Of a stretch of 64,000 bases of DNA, positions 37,740-48,523 are shown one piece after another; position 1 is the stretch's first letter, and every line of letters starts with the position of its first letter. Below the pieces are notes generated by a model. That model did not search any database. It had not been told where the DNA came from and saw nothing but the letters and a program-made list of their open reading frames with translations. The DNA is taken from NCBI GenBank assembly GCA_963664705.1, contig OY761556.1, forward strand, positions 2,912,001 to 2,976,000, given 5' to 3'. This DNA comes from Acidobacteriota bacterium. GTDB lineage: Bacteria; Acidobacteriota; UBA6911. Both the position numbers and the translations under genes were made by a program.

Positions 37740-38642
37740 CTATTGATGTGTGAGAGTCAGATCGGCAACCACGCGAGCATTTGCCGACCGCGAGGGATTG
37801 ACAATATATACCGCCTTCTCTTTCTCAGGAGCAGAAGGAGTGGGCGGCGCCGTTTCATCAACTTTCTCAATCACCAGATCCCTAGCCGAAATGTTGCGCA
37901 GTCGTTCGATCAGGTTGTCATGAATGTTTGCCTGGGCCAGTAAGACTTTGCCGCTGTCCGGACGGGCATTTTCCTTGGGCTTGGCTTTCTGCCCATCCGA
38001 CAAGGAATAGATCAGTTCTTCCAGATCGCTTACCGGCTGTCGTGAAAAGACAATGAAAAGCTTCTCTTTTCCAGGCTGTTCGTCAAAGGTAAACACATAC
38101 CCGGATGGGATGTCATATTGGGTCCCCTTCAACACATGGTTGTCGCCGCCGGCAATTTCTGAAGATGGGAACAGCGGCTTCCAGTTTCCGCTGGAACCAC
38201 GGCTGATAATGTACAGGTAGCCGGCCGTATTCACATCCACGCGAACGCGTATCCTGTCTCCTGAATGAAAAACCGTGTCGGTATCCACCTCCACCGAGGC
38301 TGAACCGGTCTTTTTGAGGAGGCTGTATCGAATCCCGAGCGGACCGGATTCACCCGGATTGAAGGCGACCTCCATCATGTCTCCGGATGATTTGGCCGGA
38401 ATGCCTGGCCTGGATTCCGGGGCTTTGGCCTCGGGGGCCTTGGCTTTTGCCACTTCGACCGGCTGCTTTTCTTTGGTTTTTGCTGACTGGGATGTCGTCT
38501 TCTTTGCGGGAGGCTCAGCGGACGGAGCGGAATAAAAAATCTCGCGGGCGCTGAGGTTCTTTGATGTCTGGCCAAAAGCCTGTACCGCACTGAGAACTAA
38601 AAGTAAAATCCAAAACGGGGATTGGATTTTGCATGATCGCAT
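37740..38642 (-). CDS. Secreted DUF4384 domain protein
   Basis: FHSGDRIRV..GYLYI..GSSG.W..LFP, FDEQPGKEKL; start at 38642 after GGAGG. Confidence 0.85.
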   Translation of the reverse strand: MRSCKIQSPFWILLLVLSAVQAFGQTSKNLSAREIFYSAPSAEPPAKKTTSQSAKTKEKQPVEVAKAKAPEAKAPESRPGIPAKSSGDMMEVAFNPGESGPLGIRYSLLKKTGSASVEVDTDTVFHSGDRIRVRVDVNTAGYLYIISRGSSGNWKPLFPSSEIAGGDNHVLKGTQYDIPSGYVFTFDEQPGKEKLFIVFSRQPVSDLEELIYSLSDGQKAKPKENARPDSGKVLLAQANIHDNLIERLRNISARDLVIEKVDETAPPTPSAPEKEKAVYIVNPSRSANARVVADLTLTHQ

Positions 38643-38790
38643 GGGTAGCCTCCTGAACGCACCCAGAATACCCCGAAGAATTCTAATAGTGCAAGTCCGC
38701 CCTGAATCGGGAGAATGCATGGCAAAATGAAAAAAGAGCTTTAAGTAGGTATTTGCTTTGGTCGATAATAGCCCGCAAAAAGGAGCTGAC

Positions 38791-39381
38791 ATGATGCATA
38801 GGTCTTTGCCGGTACGAATTGCTGTTTCAGTTGTTTTGATTCTCATGCTCGCGGTTCCCGATGCGCTGCGCTCTGCTTTCGCCGAGCCGCCGGCCGCCCC
38901 GGGACTCAATCTGGTGATTATTGAAGGAGAGGGCGCCATCAACAACGTAAAGCAGCGAACCGCGCGTGAACCGGTGGTGCAGGTGGAGGATGAAAATCAT
39001 AAGCCTGTTGCCGGCGCTGCTGTGCTGTTTACACTTCCGGATGGCGGGCCAAGCGGAGTTTTCGGAAATGGAGCAAAGACGCTTAAGGTCATGAGCGACG
39101 CTCAAGGCAGGGCTGTGGCCAAAGGACTGCGCCTTAATGACGTTTCCGGAAAATTCCAGATCAAAGTGGAAGCGTCCTACCAGGGAGCCAATACTTCCAC
39201 AACAATCAGCCAGACCAATGCAGTTCTATCAACCGTCGCCCACGCCGGGACGACATCGGCGCAGATTGCATCCATCGCACTGGCAGTCGGTGCTGCTGTG
39301 GCTGCCGTTGTGGTCGTTGCGACCCAGAAGAAAACGACAGCATCTCAAAACAGCCTGGGCTCACCGACCGCAGCGAAATAA
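38791..39381 (+). CDS. Exported Ig-like (carboxypeptidase regulatory-like) protein with a C-terminal TM helix
   Basis: VQVEDENHKPVAGAAVLF, SDAQGRA. Confidence 0.75.
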   Translation: MMHRSLPVRIAVSVVLILMLAVPDALRSAFAEPPAAPGLNLVIIEGEGAINNVKQRTAREPVVQVEDENHKPVAGAAVLFTLPDGGPSGVFGNGAKTLKVMSDAQGRAVAKGLRLNDVSGKFQIKVEASYQGANTSTTISQTNAVLSTVAHAGTTSAQIASIALAVGAAVAAVVVVATQKKTTASQNSLGSPTAAK

Positions 39382-39467
39382 GATTTCAAACTCTGCGGGC
39401 TGCTTTCAGGCAGCCCGCAGACCACGATCGATCAGATACACGCTGATAGTACGAACGGATTCCTCCT

Positions 39468-40172
39468 ATGAAAGCATCAAAACGTGAGTTTAACGAATTG
39501 GCCTCCGGGGAAACGCCCTCCGGTCTGAGCTCGAGGGACAAGCTGCTGAAATCCGCTGAGGAGCTGTTTGCGGAAAAAGGCTTTCGTGAAGTGTCCGTTC
39601 GGGAGATTGCGGCGCACGCGGGCGTCAATTCAGCCCTGGTAGGATATTATTTTCGCGGAAAGCAGTCTCTGTTCAACGAGGTTTACCGGACCCATGCAGC
39701 CCCCCTGGCCCAGGAGCGTATCAAGCGACTGGCAGCCATTACCGGGAAGAAACGAAAACCCACGCTTGAAGACTTGATGCGAGCCTGGATTATTCCATGG
39801 CTTCGCATCGGTACAGACTTGGACAAAGCCCTTCATGTCCGGTTTACGGCCAATCTTTCTGAAGAACGATGGGAAAATACGACCAAGGCATTTCCTTTGA
39901 CGCAAAAAGCCAATAAGCTTTTCTCGGAAGCTCTGCACAAGTGTCTGCCGCAACTCTCCAAAGAAACGGTGCAGTGGCGTTTGCATTTCATCGTGGGAGC
40001 CATTACGTTTGGATTGAGAGTGCCGGGCCCCCTGCTCGCCTTTTCGAGAGGCCGATGCAACCCGCGCGATCTGGAAATGCTGTTTGCCGAGATTCTCCCG
40101 TTTGCGGTGGCCGGCTTCGCGGCCCCGGAACCCGATGTTTCGCAAAAAGACCAGGAATACGCAGGCAGGTAA
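39468..40172 (+). CDS. TetR/AcrR family regulator
   Basis: AEELFAEKGFREVSVREIAAHAGVNSALVGYYF. Confidence 0.95.
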   Translation: MKASKREFNELASGETPSGLSSRDKLLKSAEELFAEKGFREVSVREIAAHAGVNSALVGYYFRGKQSLFNEVYRTHAAPLAQERIKRLAAITGKKRKPTLEDLMRAWIIPWLRIGTDLDKALHVRFTANLSEERWENTTKAFPLTQKANKLFSEALHKCLPQLSKETVQWRLHFIVGAITFGLRVPGPLLAFSRGRCNPRDLEMLFAEILPFAVAGFAAPEPDVSQKDQEYAGR

Positions 40173-40333
40173 GTCAGTTATCGATACGGTGAAGCAATTC
40201 ATCTGCGACGAATTACTCGACACCGACTGGGAGCGCCGGCTCTCAGTCGGATCTTTTCGAATCAATCCGAACAAAAACCTACCTTCCCAAAGCCGGAATC
40301 CCGAATCTTGAGTTTTTGAATGATGCCTGCGGA

Positions 40334-40915
40334 TTATGCTTCAGCGCGCCGCTTCAGGGTACGAACCAGAATGGCGAGCAGAATACAGCCGATCAGGATT
40401 AGCGATATGGTGGGATACTGTCTTTTGAGGACTTCGGCAGCCTGATCTCCAAAGTGAGCGGCAAGATAGCCCATCAGCGCATAGCGAATCAGCCGCCCGA
40501 TAAACACGCCGCCGGCCAGACGCATCTGCCCGATCCGGAGAACGCCGGACGCAAGGATAACAAGCTTGGTAGGAAACGGCGGGGGGGCAAGGACAGAGGC
40601 GATAATCGCCCACAGGCCGTACTTCTGCATCTTCTGTTCGACCCAGGCGATTTTCTCCGGGTTGAATCGCGACAGCGCTTTTTCCCCGCCCTTCTTGCCG
40701 ATTCCGTATAAAACCATGCAGCCCAGCGTGGATCCGATGGTAGCAGCCAAAACGATGAGATACATGACAGCCGGTCTCTTCCAGGCAAGTAGCAAAACCA
40801 GCGCATCCGGTCCACCGGCGAGGGGAACTGCGGCAGAATCCAAAAATGAGATCACCAGCAGGCCGGGGATGCCCATCAGGAGAAGAAAACCATTCAAGCG
40901 CTTCAGCACGTACAC
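40334..40915 (-). CDS. YqaA/DedA (VTT) membrane protein
   Basis: SFLDSA..P...D, PPPFP.K, GRLIRY. Confidence 0.85.
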   Translation of the reverse strand: MYVLKRLNGFLLLMGIPGLLVISFLDSAAVPLAGGPDALVLLLAWKRPAVMYLIVLAATIGSTLGCMVLYGIGKKGGEKALSRFNPEKIAWVEQKMQKYGLWAIIASVLAPPPFPTKLVILASGVLRIGQMRLAGGVFIGRLIRYALMGYLAAHFGDQAAEVLKRQYPTISLILIGCILLAILVRTLKRRAEA

Positions 40916-41102
40916 TCCAGTCTTTCAGTCCATTGCGGAATCGTACATAGTAGAGGTTTATGCGTCGACTCTCAACCGCAAAATGGCAGCGCACCTTTCT
41001 GTTCCTCCAAAATAGGTAGCGCCCCCTGATTTTCTATGCTTCTATACTGGCATACCCAAAAACGAGTCCGAGAACCAACCCGAGGAAAGAAGGAACGACA
41101 TT

Positions 41103-41567
41103 ATGGCCGATTTAAAGTATGCGAAATACATTGTCACGGAAGACCTGATGCCCCCCCAACCCGCTGCCGCCGTAAAAGCGATGGAGGATCAGGCCAAGGA
41201 AGGAAAAATACTCGACAGGACTATGCTGCTCGGCATCCAGGATTGCATTGTGCCGGGCTGTTCGCTCTTTGCCGGCTGCGAAATCCTCTGGGGGCTTCCG
41301 GGTGGCAAACCCGTGGCCATAGAAATCGAACACAGCCATGACTTCGATGAGGTTATAGGGTTCGGCGGCACCAATCGCAACTATCCCCGCGAACTTGGCG
41401 GCGAAATCGAGTTCCTCATTGGGGGAGAAAGACACATCATTACAAAGACCTGCCTTATCTTTGTCCCGAAAGGGGTGCTCCATTGTCCGGTTATTTTTAG
41501 GCGGATCGATACGCCGATTTTTATGTTTGAAGCGGCCAATAATCCCAATTACATCAAGGTGCTGTAA
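41103..41567 (+). CDS. Cupin-like conserved hypothetical protein
   Basis: HSHDFDEV..ELGGEIEF..FVPKGVLHCP. Confidence 0.8.
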   Translation: MADLKYAKYIVTEDLMPPQPAAAVKAMEDQAKEGKILDRTMLLGIQDCIVPGCSLFAGCEILWGLPGGKPVAIEIEHSHDFDEVIGFGGTNRNYPRELGGEIEFLIGGERHIITKTCLIFVPKGVLHCPVIFRRIDTPIFMFEAANNPNYIKVL

Positions 41568-41617
41568 TGCGCATCTGTGGGATTCGCAGCTTCCTGTAAA
41601 GCCGCGAATCCCACACA

Positions 41618-42127
41618 CTAGATCTTCCGGCTGTCATAAGCCCAATTCAACAGGGCCTGCCTCTGCCTCGGCCGGCAACACAAATCTCCCGGCCTGCAGT
41701 TCTTCACGAGCTGCGCAATGTGGCGGCGGATCGCTTTCCATCGCCTGATCTGCCGCTCGTCATCGGGACATCGTCGCCCCATGAAATACCGGCAGTACCA
41801 TTGAAACCACCCGCGAGGATCTTCGTGATAGATCCATCCCTTCTTGCGCCAGATTGCCAGCGATTGGGATGCATTGACTCCGTAGTAATTCATCTTCGGA
41901 TCGTGCCGCTCGGGACAGAGCCTGGCATGGGTAAACCAGTCCCGGGGAAACTCGCCGCGGCAATCGGTCATATACCTGCCGCCAAAAACTCCCATTCCCA
42001 GCATTTCCTTTGGCGTCAACTCAGGTAGAAATTCGGGATGAAAATTCCGGCCGACCGGTTCGACCCGGTAATATACGTAATTTTTCTGCATTCTATCGTT
42101 AACGACCACTTGTCGAGTGTTCTTCAT
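41618..42127 (-). CDS. Conserved hypothetical protein
   Basis: LTPKEML..GVFGG, DPRGWFQWYCRY, RQALLNWAYD. Confidence 0.8.
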   Translation of the reverse strand: MKNTRQVVVNDRMQKNYVYYRVEPVGRNFHPEFLPELTPKEMLGMGVFGGRYMTDCRGEFPRDWFTHARLCPERHDPKMNYYGVNASQSLAIWRKKGWIYHEDPRGWFQWYCRYFMGRRCPDDERQIRRWKAIRRHIAQLVKNCRPGDLCCRPRQRQALLNWAYDSRKI

Positions 42128-42166
42128 CTCGGAGCCTGAATTCAGGGGATACAGGATCGTCCCGCA

Positions 42167-43507
42167 TTAGTCGCCAATGCAGAATAGCGTTCCGTCACTT
42201 CTCATAAAAATGTTTCTGTTCGATATCGCCGGAGATGCAAGGATGCGCTCATCCAGTTCATTTTTTGCCAGGATTTCCGCGGTGCGGCCCGCGCGCAGGA
42301 CATAGGTTTCGCCGGTCTCACTTACCATGTATACCTTCCCGTCTCCGGCCACCGGCGATGCAAAAAAGATCCCGCCAAGGCGCTGCTTCCATATCGTTTT
42401 CCCATTCGAAGCGTCGGCGCACGTAACAATCCCCACCTCGCTGGTCACATAAACCAGCCCATCATAATACAGAATCGATGGCACATAGGACGCACCGTTG
42501 GGAACGCGCCATAGGATATTGGATTCGGAAACATCTCCGCTTCCACCTGGACGTAACGCCAGGAAATCGCTATTGCGGTACCCGCGGCTGATATAGATGA
42601 TTCCGTCATGAAAAACCGGAGTCGGAATGGGAGTCTGGCGCTGCGTCCCAGCATGCCACAGGAACCGGCCCGTCGCGGGATCGTAGGCATCGATGCGTTC
42701 GCTGGAGTTGATGATCATCTCATCCCTTTCCGGCCCCCGGACAATTAAGGGAGTGCTGTGGGAAATGCGCCCTTTTCCCCGATCCACCTTCCAGCGTTCC
42801 TTGCCCGTGGCTTTATCCAGGGCAAGCAGGTAGGAATTCTCCGAGTGGTCACACAGCAGAATGATCTCATTTTTATAGAGAGCCGGCGATCCGCCATGCC
42901 CCCAGGGAGTGAGAAAACTCCCATATTCCAGGCCAAGGTGGCGAGTCCAGACCAGCCGGCCCTCCATATCCAGCATAAAAAGTTGACCGTTTCCAAACCA
43001 GGCGAAAACATGATTCCCATCAGTAACAGGGGTTGGCGTCGCGAGATTGTGCTTTTCATGAAGCTGTGGAAAATTGCCGGTCGCCTTACTGCTGAACTTC
43101 CACAGACGAGTCCCATCCGATCGACGGAAAGCTTCAACAATCAGGGTCACGTCCCTCTTTAAATCCTTTGCCTGGTTCTGGCGTCCGCCGATCGGATTTT
43201 CGTGTCTGGACAGGTCGTCGTCATCGCGCGCAAGCAGCGGCTGAACGCCCTGCACAACCGGAACGATTCCTTCCTGGGAGGTCACGAATACGCGGTCTCC
43301 CGAAACGATTGGCGAGGAGGCCCCAAGCCCCGTGAGCGCAGCCTTCCACTTCACATGAGCACCCGCACTCCAGCGAACCGGCAGATCGGATTCATCGGAA
43401 ATGCCGTTGCTCGAAGGACCGCGCCACTGTGGCCAGTCGCCGGCATATGCGGCCGGAGTCACAAGAAAAACAAAAATAATGATGCGAGGGAGTATTGAGG
43501 GAATCAT
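42167..43507 (-). CDS. PQQ-binding-like beta-propeller (BamB-like) secreted protein
   Basis: DWPQWRGP and repeated ALD..TG...W blades. Confidence 0.92.
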   Translation of the reverse strand: MIPSILPRIIIFVFLVTPAAYAGDWPQWRGPSSNGISDESDLPVRWSAGAHVKWKAALTGLGASSPIVSGDRVFVTSQEGIVPVVQGVQPLLARDDDDLSRHENPIGGRQNQAKDLKRDVTLIVEAFRRSDGTRLWKFSSKATGNFPQLHEKHNLATPTPVTDGNHVFAWFGNGQLFMLDMEGRLVWTRHLGLEYGSFLTPWGHGGSPALYKNEIILLCDHSENSYLLALDKATGKERWKVDRGKGRISHSTPLIVRGPERDEMIINSSERIDAYDPATGRFLWHAGTQRQTPIPTPVFHDGIIYISRGYRNSDFLALRPGGSGDVSESNILWRVPNGASYVPSILYYDGLVYVTSEVGIVTCADASNGKTIWKQRLGGIFFASPVAGDGKVYMVSETGETYVLRAGRTAEILAKNELDERILASPAISNRNIFMRSDGTLFCIGD

Positions 43508-43613
43508 GCCGGAAGAATGGCAGGACCTTAAAATTCAGTCAACAGAATAACACCGCCGTTGTCGCCGTCCGGCTTAATGGGAATTGTGCGCTCGGAACGC
43601 AGCCGTCACGGTG

Positions 43614-44207
43614 TCAATCCGGCGTTTTCAGCAACGAGGTCTTGGTAACACGGATGGCTTGATAGCGGTGCAAGGCTTCCAGCAGGCCGTCGACTCTTTT
43701 GTTGACAAGAATCTGTGACTGGTGCTCTTCCTGAAGAAATTTCTCAGCCACGGCATGTTGAAAAAACCGGCAAACCAGATCGAAATATCCGCAGACATTC
43801 AGCAATCCCATGGGCTTTGTATGAATCCCAAGCTGCGACCATGTGGCGATTTCAAAAAACTCCTCCATCGTGCCCAGTCCTCCAGGCATCGCGATGAAAG
43901 CATCCGAAAGATCCGCCATCAGTGCCTTGCGCTCATGCATGCTTTCCACTACGCGGAGTTCCGATAGACCCGGATGCGCCAGCTCGAGCTGTTCCAGTTG
44001 ACGGGGGATCACTCCAATCACTTCCCCGCCGGCCTGTAGAGCCGCATCGGCCAGTTCGCCCATCAAACCACGTTTCCCGCCCCCATAAATCAAGCCAATA
44101 CCGCCTCCGGCGAGCAGGCGTCCCATCTCCCGCGCCGAGTCTCGATATTCAGTCCGCATCCCCGCACTGGAACCGCAAAAAACACAAATTCTGTTTAACT
44201 TGCTCAT
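43614..44207 (-). CDS. LOG family protein (TIGR00730)
   Basis: CVFCGSS, YGGG..GLMG, MHERK, PGGLGTMEE. Confidence 0.95.
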   Translation of the reverse strand: MSKLNRICVFCGSSAGMRTEYRDSAREMGRLLAGGGIGLIYGGGKRGLMGELADAALQAGGEVIGVIPRQLEQLELAHPGLSELRVVESMHERKALMADLSDAFIAMPGGLGTMEEFFEIATWSQLGIHTKPMGLLNVCGYFDLVCRFFQHAVAEKFLQEEHQSQILVNKRVDGLLEALHRYQAIRVTKTSLLKTPD

Positions 44208-44349
44208 CAAAGCTCCGCAAACGGGGATCTTTTCCCTGCTTTTGCCCACCATCCCACGCATATCAGCTCATGGTACCTGGGCACCAAAAATTTTCCAAAC
44301 TTTTGGTGAGCGGAATTCGTCTAAAGCAGCATCAGACAAAGGACGGGAC

Positions 44350-46578
44350 ATGATTCGATTGGCTATCATCTGCATCATAGTAGTTCTCTGCTCACCGCTT
44401 TCCCTTCTTCTCGCAGGACAAACAAAGGAAACACCCAAGCCGGCTGCAGGCAGGGGAATCGCTTTTTCCGAAATGGAACTGCATCGAACCGCAAGAAGCC
44501 CTCGGATTGATGGCAAGCTGGACGATCCGGCATGGCAGGAGGCTCCGCTCCCCACAAGCGACTGGTTAAGCTACAACCCGCTATATGGAACGCGGATGGT
44601 GCAGCGCACAAAAGTCTGGGCCACCTACGACGATACCGGTCTTTATTTCGCATTCCATTGCATCGACCCGGAACCGGAAAAGATCAAAACAGCCATCAGC
44701 CGGCGCGACACCATTTTCAATGATGACTGGGTGGGGCTAAGCCTGGATTCGCTCGGAAGCCACCAGAGTTCCTATGAGTTTTTTGTAAACCCCAGCGGAA
44801 TCCAGGCAGATATTTTGAACAGCAGTACGGCCGGAGAAGACACCTCCCCCGACTGGGTCTGGGAAAGTGCTTCGCAGCGAACCAATGACGGATACACTGT
44901 CGAGATCCATGTCCCGTTCAAAACAATCCGTTTCAGAAGCGGCAAAGATGTACGAATGGAAGTTCTGTTCTGGCGCCGCGTCAGCAGGCTGGGCATGTCG
45001 GCTTCCTGGCCGGATATGCCGCCAGGAACATCGATCTTTACGCGGCACGCCCCGCTGATCATGCACGATATAAAGAGGCCACGGACTCTGGAACTGATTC
45101 CCAATCTTACTTATGCAATGACTCAAACGCACACGGAGCCGAATCACTGGGACTCCAAATCGGATCCGGATGGAGGGATCACAGGAAAGTACGGCATTTC
45201 GTCAACCGTCACGCTCGATGGAACCTATCGCCCGGATTTCAGCCAGGTTGAAAGTGACGCATTCCAGGTAGAGGTGAACCAGCGATATCCAATCTTCTAT
45301 AGCGAAAAGCGTCCCTTCTTTATGGAAGGGATGGGCACGTTTGAACTGGCCGGTTCCGGTGGCGACGGCAACATCCTCACCGCCGTTCACACCCGCCGTA
45401 TCATTGACCCGGTGTTCGGAGCCAAACTCACGGGCACAGTGGGAAAGGTCACCTTTGCGGCGCTCTCCTCCTCTGATCGCGCTCCTGGAAACACCGAATC
45501 CACCGATCCCCTGTTCGGCGAACGAGAGTATTTCAATATTGCCAGGGGCCTGTATTCCCTGGGAAAAGGAACCTACATCGGTGGGCTCGTGACCGACACG
45601 GAACTGGCCAGCGGCTACAACCGGGTAGCGGCGGGAGATATCTCGCTGCGTTTCGGAAAAAATCACCAACTGACCGCCACTGCAATAACCACCACTTCCA
45701 GAGATGCCGACGGAAGCAACCGCCACGAGGGAATGGCGGGACAGGCCACCTACTCCTACAGCAGCAAGAAACAGGTGTTCATCAGTCAAACAGAGCATTA
45801 TGACAAGGATTTCCAGATGGATACGGCCTTTTACAACCGGACTGGAATCACATCCAACTGGACCTATTACTCCAGAAACTTTTATCCGGACGAATCGCGC
45901 TATGGCTGGTTCAAAAAAATCGCTCCCTTCGTCTGGGTCCACAACGACCGCGATCGTATCCAGGGTGGGAACGAGCGCTTCATCCTTGGGGGCGTGAGGC
46001 TTAATTTTACCCGCCAGGGTTCTTTCCGCCTGGATTATGGCGGCGGCACTGAAGCCTGGGCCGGAAAACGCTTCGATATCCACCAAACACGCTTCATGGG
46101 CGGCGCCCAAATCCTTCGCTGGCTCAACTTTTTCGGAATTGTCAATTTCGGGAGGTCCATCTATTACGATCCCGAAGAGCCGTTTTCCGGCAACAGCCGG
46201 GCCGTTCACCTTGAATGCAGGATCCAACCCACCAACAACCTGAGGCAGGAAATCAGCTATGATCGTGCCCTCTTCAACAGTGCATCCGACGGACATCGCG
46301 TCTACACCGTCGATATCATCAACACAAAGACAACCTACCAATTCAACAAACACTTGTCGGCCCGCGCCATTGAACGGTATGACAGTTCACGAAAAAACGT
46401 GTTGATGGATTACCTGGTTTCCTATGAGCCGGTGCCTGGCACCGTTGCCTATGCAGGGTATGGCACGCTTTTTGACAAACAGGACTGGGACGGAAATCAC
46501 TTTATCCACGATATTGGCAGGTATCTCAACTCTCAGCGCAGCCTGTTTTTCAAGCTCTCGTATCTCTATCGATTTTGA
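44350..46578 (+). CDS. CBM9-like / DUF5916 outer-membrane protein
   Basis: PRIDGKLDD..W, PDFSQVESD, EKRPFF.EG; C-terminal KLSYLYRF. Confidence 0.85.
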   Translation: MIRLAIICIIVVLCSPLSLLLAGQTKETPKPAAGRGIAFSEMELHRTARSPRIDGKLDDPAWQEAPLPTSDWLSYNPLYGTRMVQRTKVWATYDDTGLYFAFHCIDPEPEKIKTAISRRDTIFNDDWVGLSLDSLGSHQSSYEFFVNPSGIQADILNSSTAGEDTSPDWVWESASQRTNDGYTVEIHVPFKTIRFRSGKDVRMEVLFWRRVSRLGMSASWPDMPPGTSIFTRHAPLIMHDIKRPRTLELIPNLTYAMTQTHTEPNHWDSKSDPDGGITGKYGISSTVTLDGTYRPDFSQVESDAFQVEVNQRYPIFYSEKRPFFMEGMGTFELAGSGGDGNILTAVHTRRIIDPVFGAKLTGTVGKVTFAALSSSDRAPGNTESTDPLFGEREYFNIARGLYSLGKGTYIGGLVTDTELASGYNRVAAGDISLRFGKNHQLTATAITTTSRDADGSNRHEGMAGQATYSYSSKKQVFISQTEHYDKDFQMDTAFYNRTGITSNWTYYSRNFYPDESRYGWFKKIAPFVWVHNDRDRIQGGNERFILGGVRLNFTRQGSFRLDYGGGTEAWAGKRFDIHQTRFMGGAQILRWLNFFGIVNFGRSIYYDPEEPFSGNSRAVHLECRIQPTNNLRQEISYDRALFNSASDGHRVYTVDIINTKTTYQFNKHLSARAIERYDSSRKNVLMDYLVSYEPVPGTVAYAGYGTLFDKQDWDGNHFIHDIGRYLNSQRSLFFKLSYLYRF

Positions 46579-46696
46579 TCCGGGGATGATTCTGGATTTG
46601 GAATGCCGGATTCCGGATTTCAGATTTCGGATATTTGACGGGAACGATTTTCGATATCACTTCGTATTCCGACCATAGTAAGCTGAGGCAAATACT

Positions 46697-47566
46697 ATGG
46701 GAACACTGGACAGAACCTGGAGTCTCTACAAGCAAAGCTTCAATATTTTGAGCGCTGACCCGGAAATCGTCATTTTCCCGGTATTGAGCGCCCTATCGGC
46801 CGTGCTTATTTCCATCGGCTTCTTTTTTCCGCTGTATCAAAACGGCTTGATCCAGCAATTTACCAGCCGCAATCCCGACTGGCAGGTCTACGCCATCCTG
46901 TTCGCGTGGTATTACCTGAACTACCTGGCCATGATCTTTTTCAACAGCGCCTTAGTGGGCTGCGCCAATATCCGTTTATCCGGCGGGGATCCGACGGTGC
47001 GCGATGGCTTGCGCATAGCAATCCAGCACATCGGTACCATTGCCTGCTGGGCTTTTGTTGCCGCTACGGTCGGCGTCATCCTCGATTCCCTGAAGAACAA
47101 AAGCAACAAGCTCATTGGCCGACTGGTCGCCGGGGGGCTTGGGCTCGCATGGACTTTGATCACCTATCTGATAGTTCCCGTCCTCATCCTGGAGCACCGT
47201 ACGATTTATGAATCCATGCAACGCTCATCCGAATTGTTTCGCAAACAATGGGGCGAACAGATTGCCGGAAATTTCGGCTTCGGCTTACTGAATCTGCTGC
47301 TGCTTCTCCCCGCCGCCGCGGTTGGCCTGCTCCTGTTCAAGCTGGATCCTGCCCTGGCCGCCATTATGGTTATCTGGTACATCATCATCCTGGCCGCCAT
47401 CAGTTCAGCAGTAAAAGGAGTCTTTACGGTAGTGCTGTATCGATTCGCCAGCACGGGTGAACTCCCGAAAGGGTTCTCGGGACGCGAGATTGATGGAGCG
47501 CTGGGAGTGCAGAGGCAGCCTTCACCCTGGGATATTCCCCCTCTGGCTGGAAGCGACCGGCTCTGA
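46697..47566 (+). CDS. DUF6159-like membrane protein
   Basis: FFNSALV, SSELFRKQWGE and multiple TM helices. Confidence 0.8.
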   Translation: MGTLDRTWSLYKQSFNILSADPEIVIFPVLSALSAVLISIGFFFPLYQNGLIQQFTSRNPDWQVYAILFAWYYLNYLAMIFFNSALVGCANIRLSGGDPTVRDGLRIAIQHIGTIACWAFVAATVGVILDSLKNKSNKLIGRLVAGGLGLAWTLITYLIVPVLILEHRTIYESMQRSSELFRKQWGEQIAGNFGFGLLNLLLLLPAAAVGLLLFKLDPALAAIMVIWYIIILAAISSAVKGVFTVVLYRFASTGELPKGFSGREIDGALGVQRQPSPWDIPPLAGSDRL

Positions 47567-47573
47567 TGGTTGG

Positions 47574-48260
47574 CTATTCGGTTTTCAGCCGATCCTTGAA
47601 GATTTTTTTAAATTTCTCGATTTTGGGAGTAATAACAATCGCACAGTAACTCTTCGAGGTATGGGTATTGTAATAATTCCGGTGGTAGTCTTCCGCAGGC
47701 CAGAATTTTGTAAAGGGAACGATTTCGGTAACGATCGGATTTTTCCAGATCTGCTCCGCTGACAGCTTGCTCTTGTAGGCCTCTGCAATACGCTTCTGCT
47801 CGGGATCATGATAAAAAACCACCGATCTGTACTGGGTTCCGACATCCTCTCCCTGCCGATTCAGCGTTGTGGGATCGTGCGTTTTCCAGAAAACCTCGAG
47901 CAGTTCGTCGTAGGAAACCTTTGAAGGATCATAGGAAACCTGGATCGACTCCGCATGTCCCGTGGTCCCGGTACAAACCTGTTCATAGGTCGGGTGATCG
48001 ACGCGCCCGCCGGAATATCCGGGCTCCACTTTCACCACACCCTCGAGTCTTTGAAAGATTGCCTCTGTGCACCAGAAACAGCCGCCGCCAAACGTTGCCA
48101 ACTTGATTTCGGGCTTACCATCCATAGGCTTTCTTGTGACCCCTTTGGAGCTATTCTGCAGGTTTGCAGAAATGTCTTTCTCACGAGAGGAAATCGAACC
48201 GCCGCATCCGGCGCTCAGGAAAAGAAGCAACCAGACTGCACACGCTGCCGACTTTTTCAT
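47574..48260 (-). CDS. msrA: Peptide methionine-S-sulfoxide reductase with a lipoprotein signal
   Basis: GGGCFWC, HDPTTLNRQG, AEDYH; lipobox SAGC. Confidence 0.96.
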   Translation of the reverse strand: MKKSAACAVWLLLFLSAGCGGSISSREKDISANLQNSSKGVTRKPMDGKPEIKLATFGGGCFWCTEAIFQRLEGVVKVEPGYSGGRVDHPTYEQVCTGTTGHAESIQVSYDPSKVSYDELLEVFWKTHDPTTLNRQGEDVGTQYRSVVFYHDPEQKRIAEAYKSKLSAEQIWKNPIVTEIVPFTKFWPAEDYHRNYYNTHTSKSYCAIVITPKIEKFKKIFKDRLKTE

Positions 48261-48523
48261 AACTCTCCCTACAAAACTATACCACCGCACCCGGCAACTG
48301 CCCATCTCGCGGTGTCCCGGCCGGAACCGTCAATGAATCTCTTTCCTATCCTCTTACGTATTATTTAGCTCGGGGGCTCCCCGTCTCCTGCCGATAAACT
48401 CTGCTGGAAAAAGGGAACCTTGTTGTATTCTTAGGCATCAGGCAATGCGGAGCGATTCCACTCGAGCGGGCAGTCTCGCACTGGCTCACCCCGCAACCCG
48501 GACATTAAAAAGGAGCTGTAACC

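Noticed and set aside
45202-46353. 383-aa minus-strand ORF (also 34944-35735, 35997-36803, 31806-32507)
   Set aside because: Antisense shadows of well-supported genes in GC-rich DNA
46593-46636. Heptamer-like run GGATTT/GGATTCC/AGATTTC
   Set aside because: Short degenerate low-complexity intergenic repeat with no further structure
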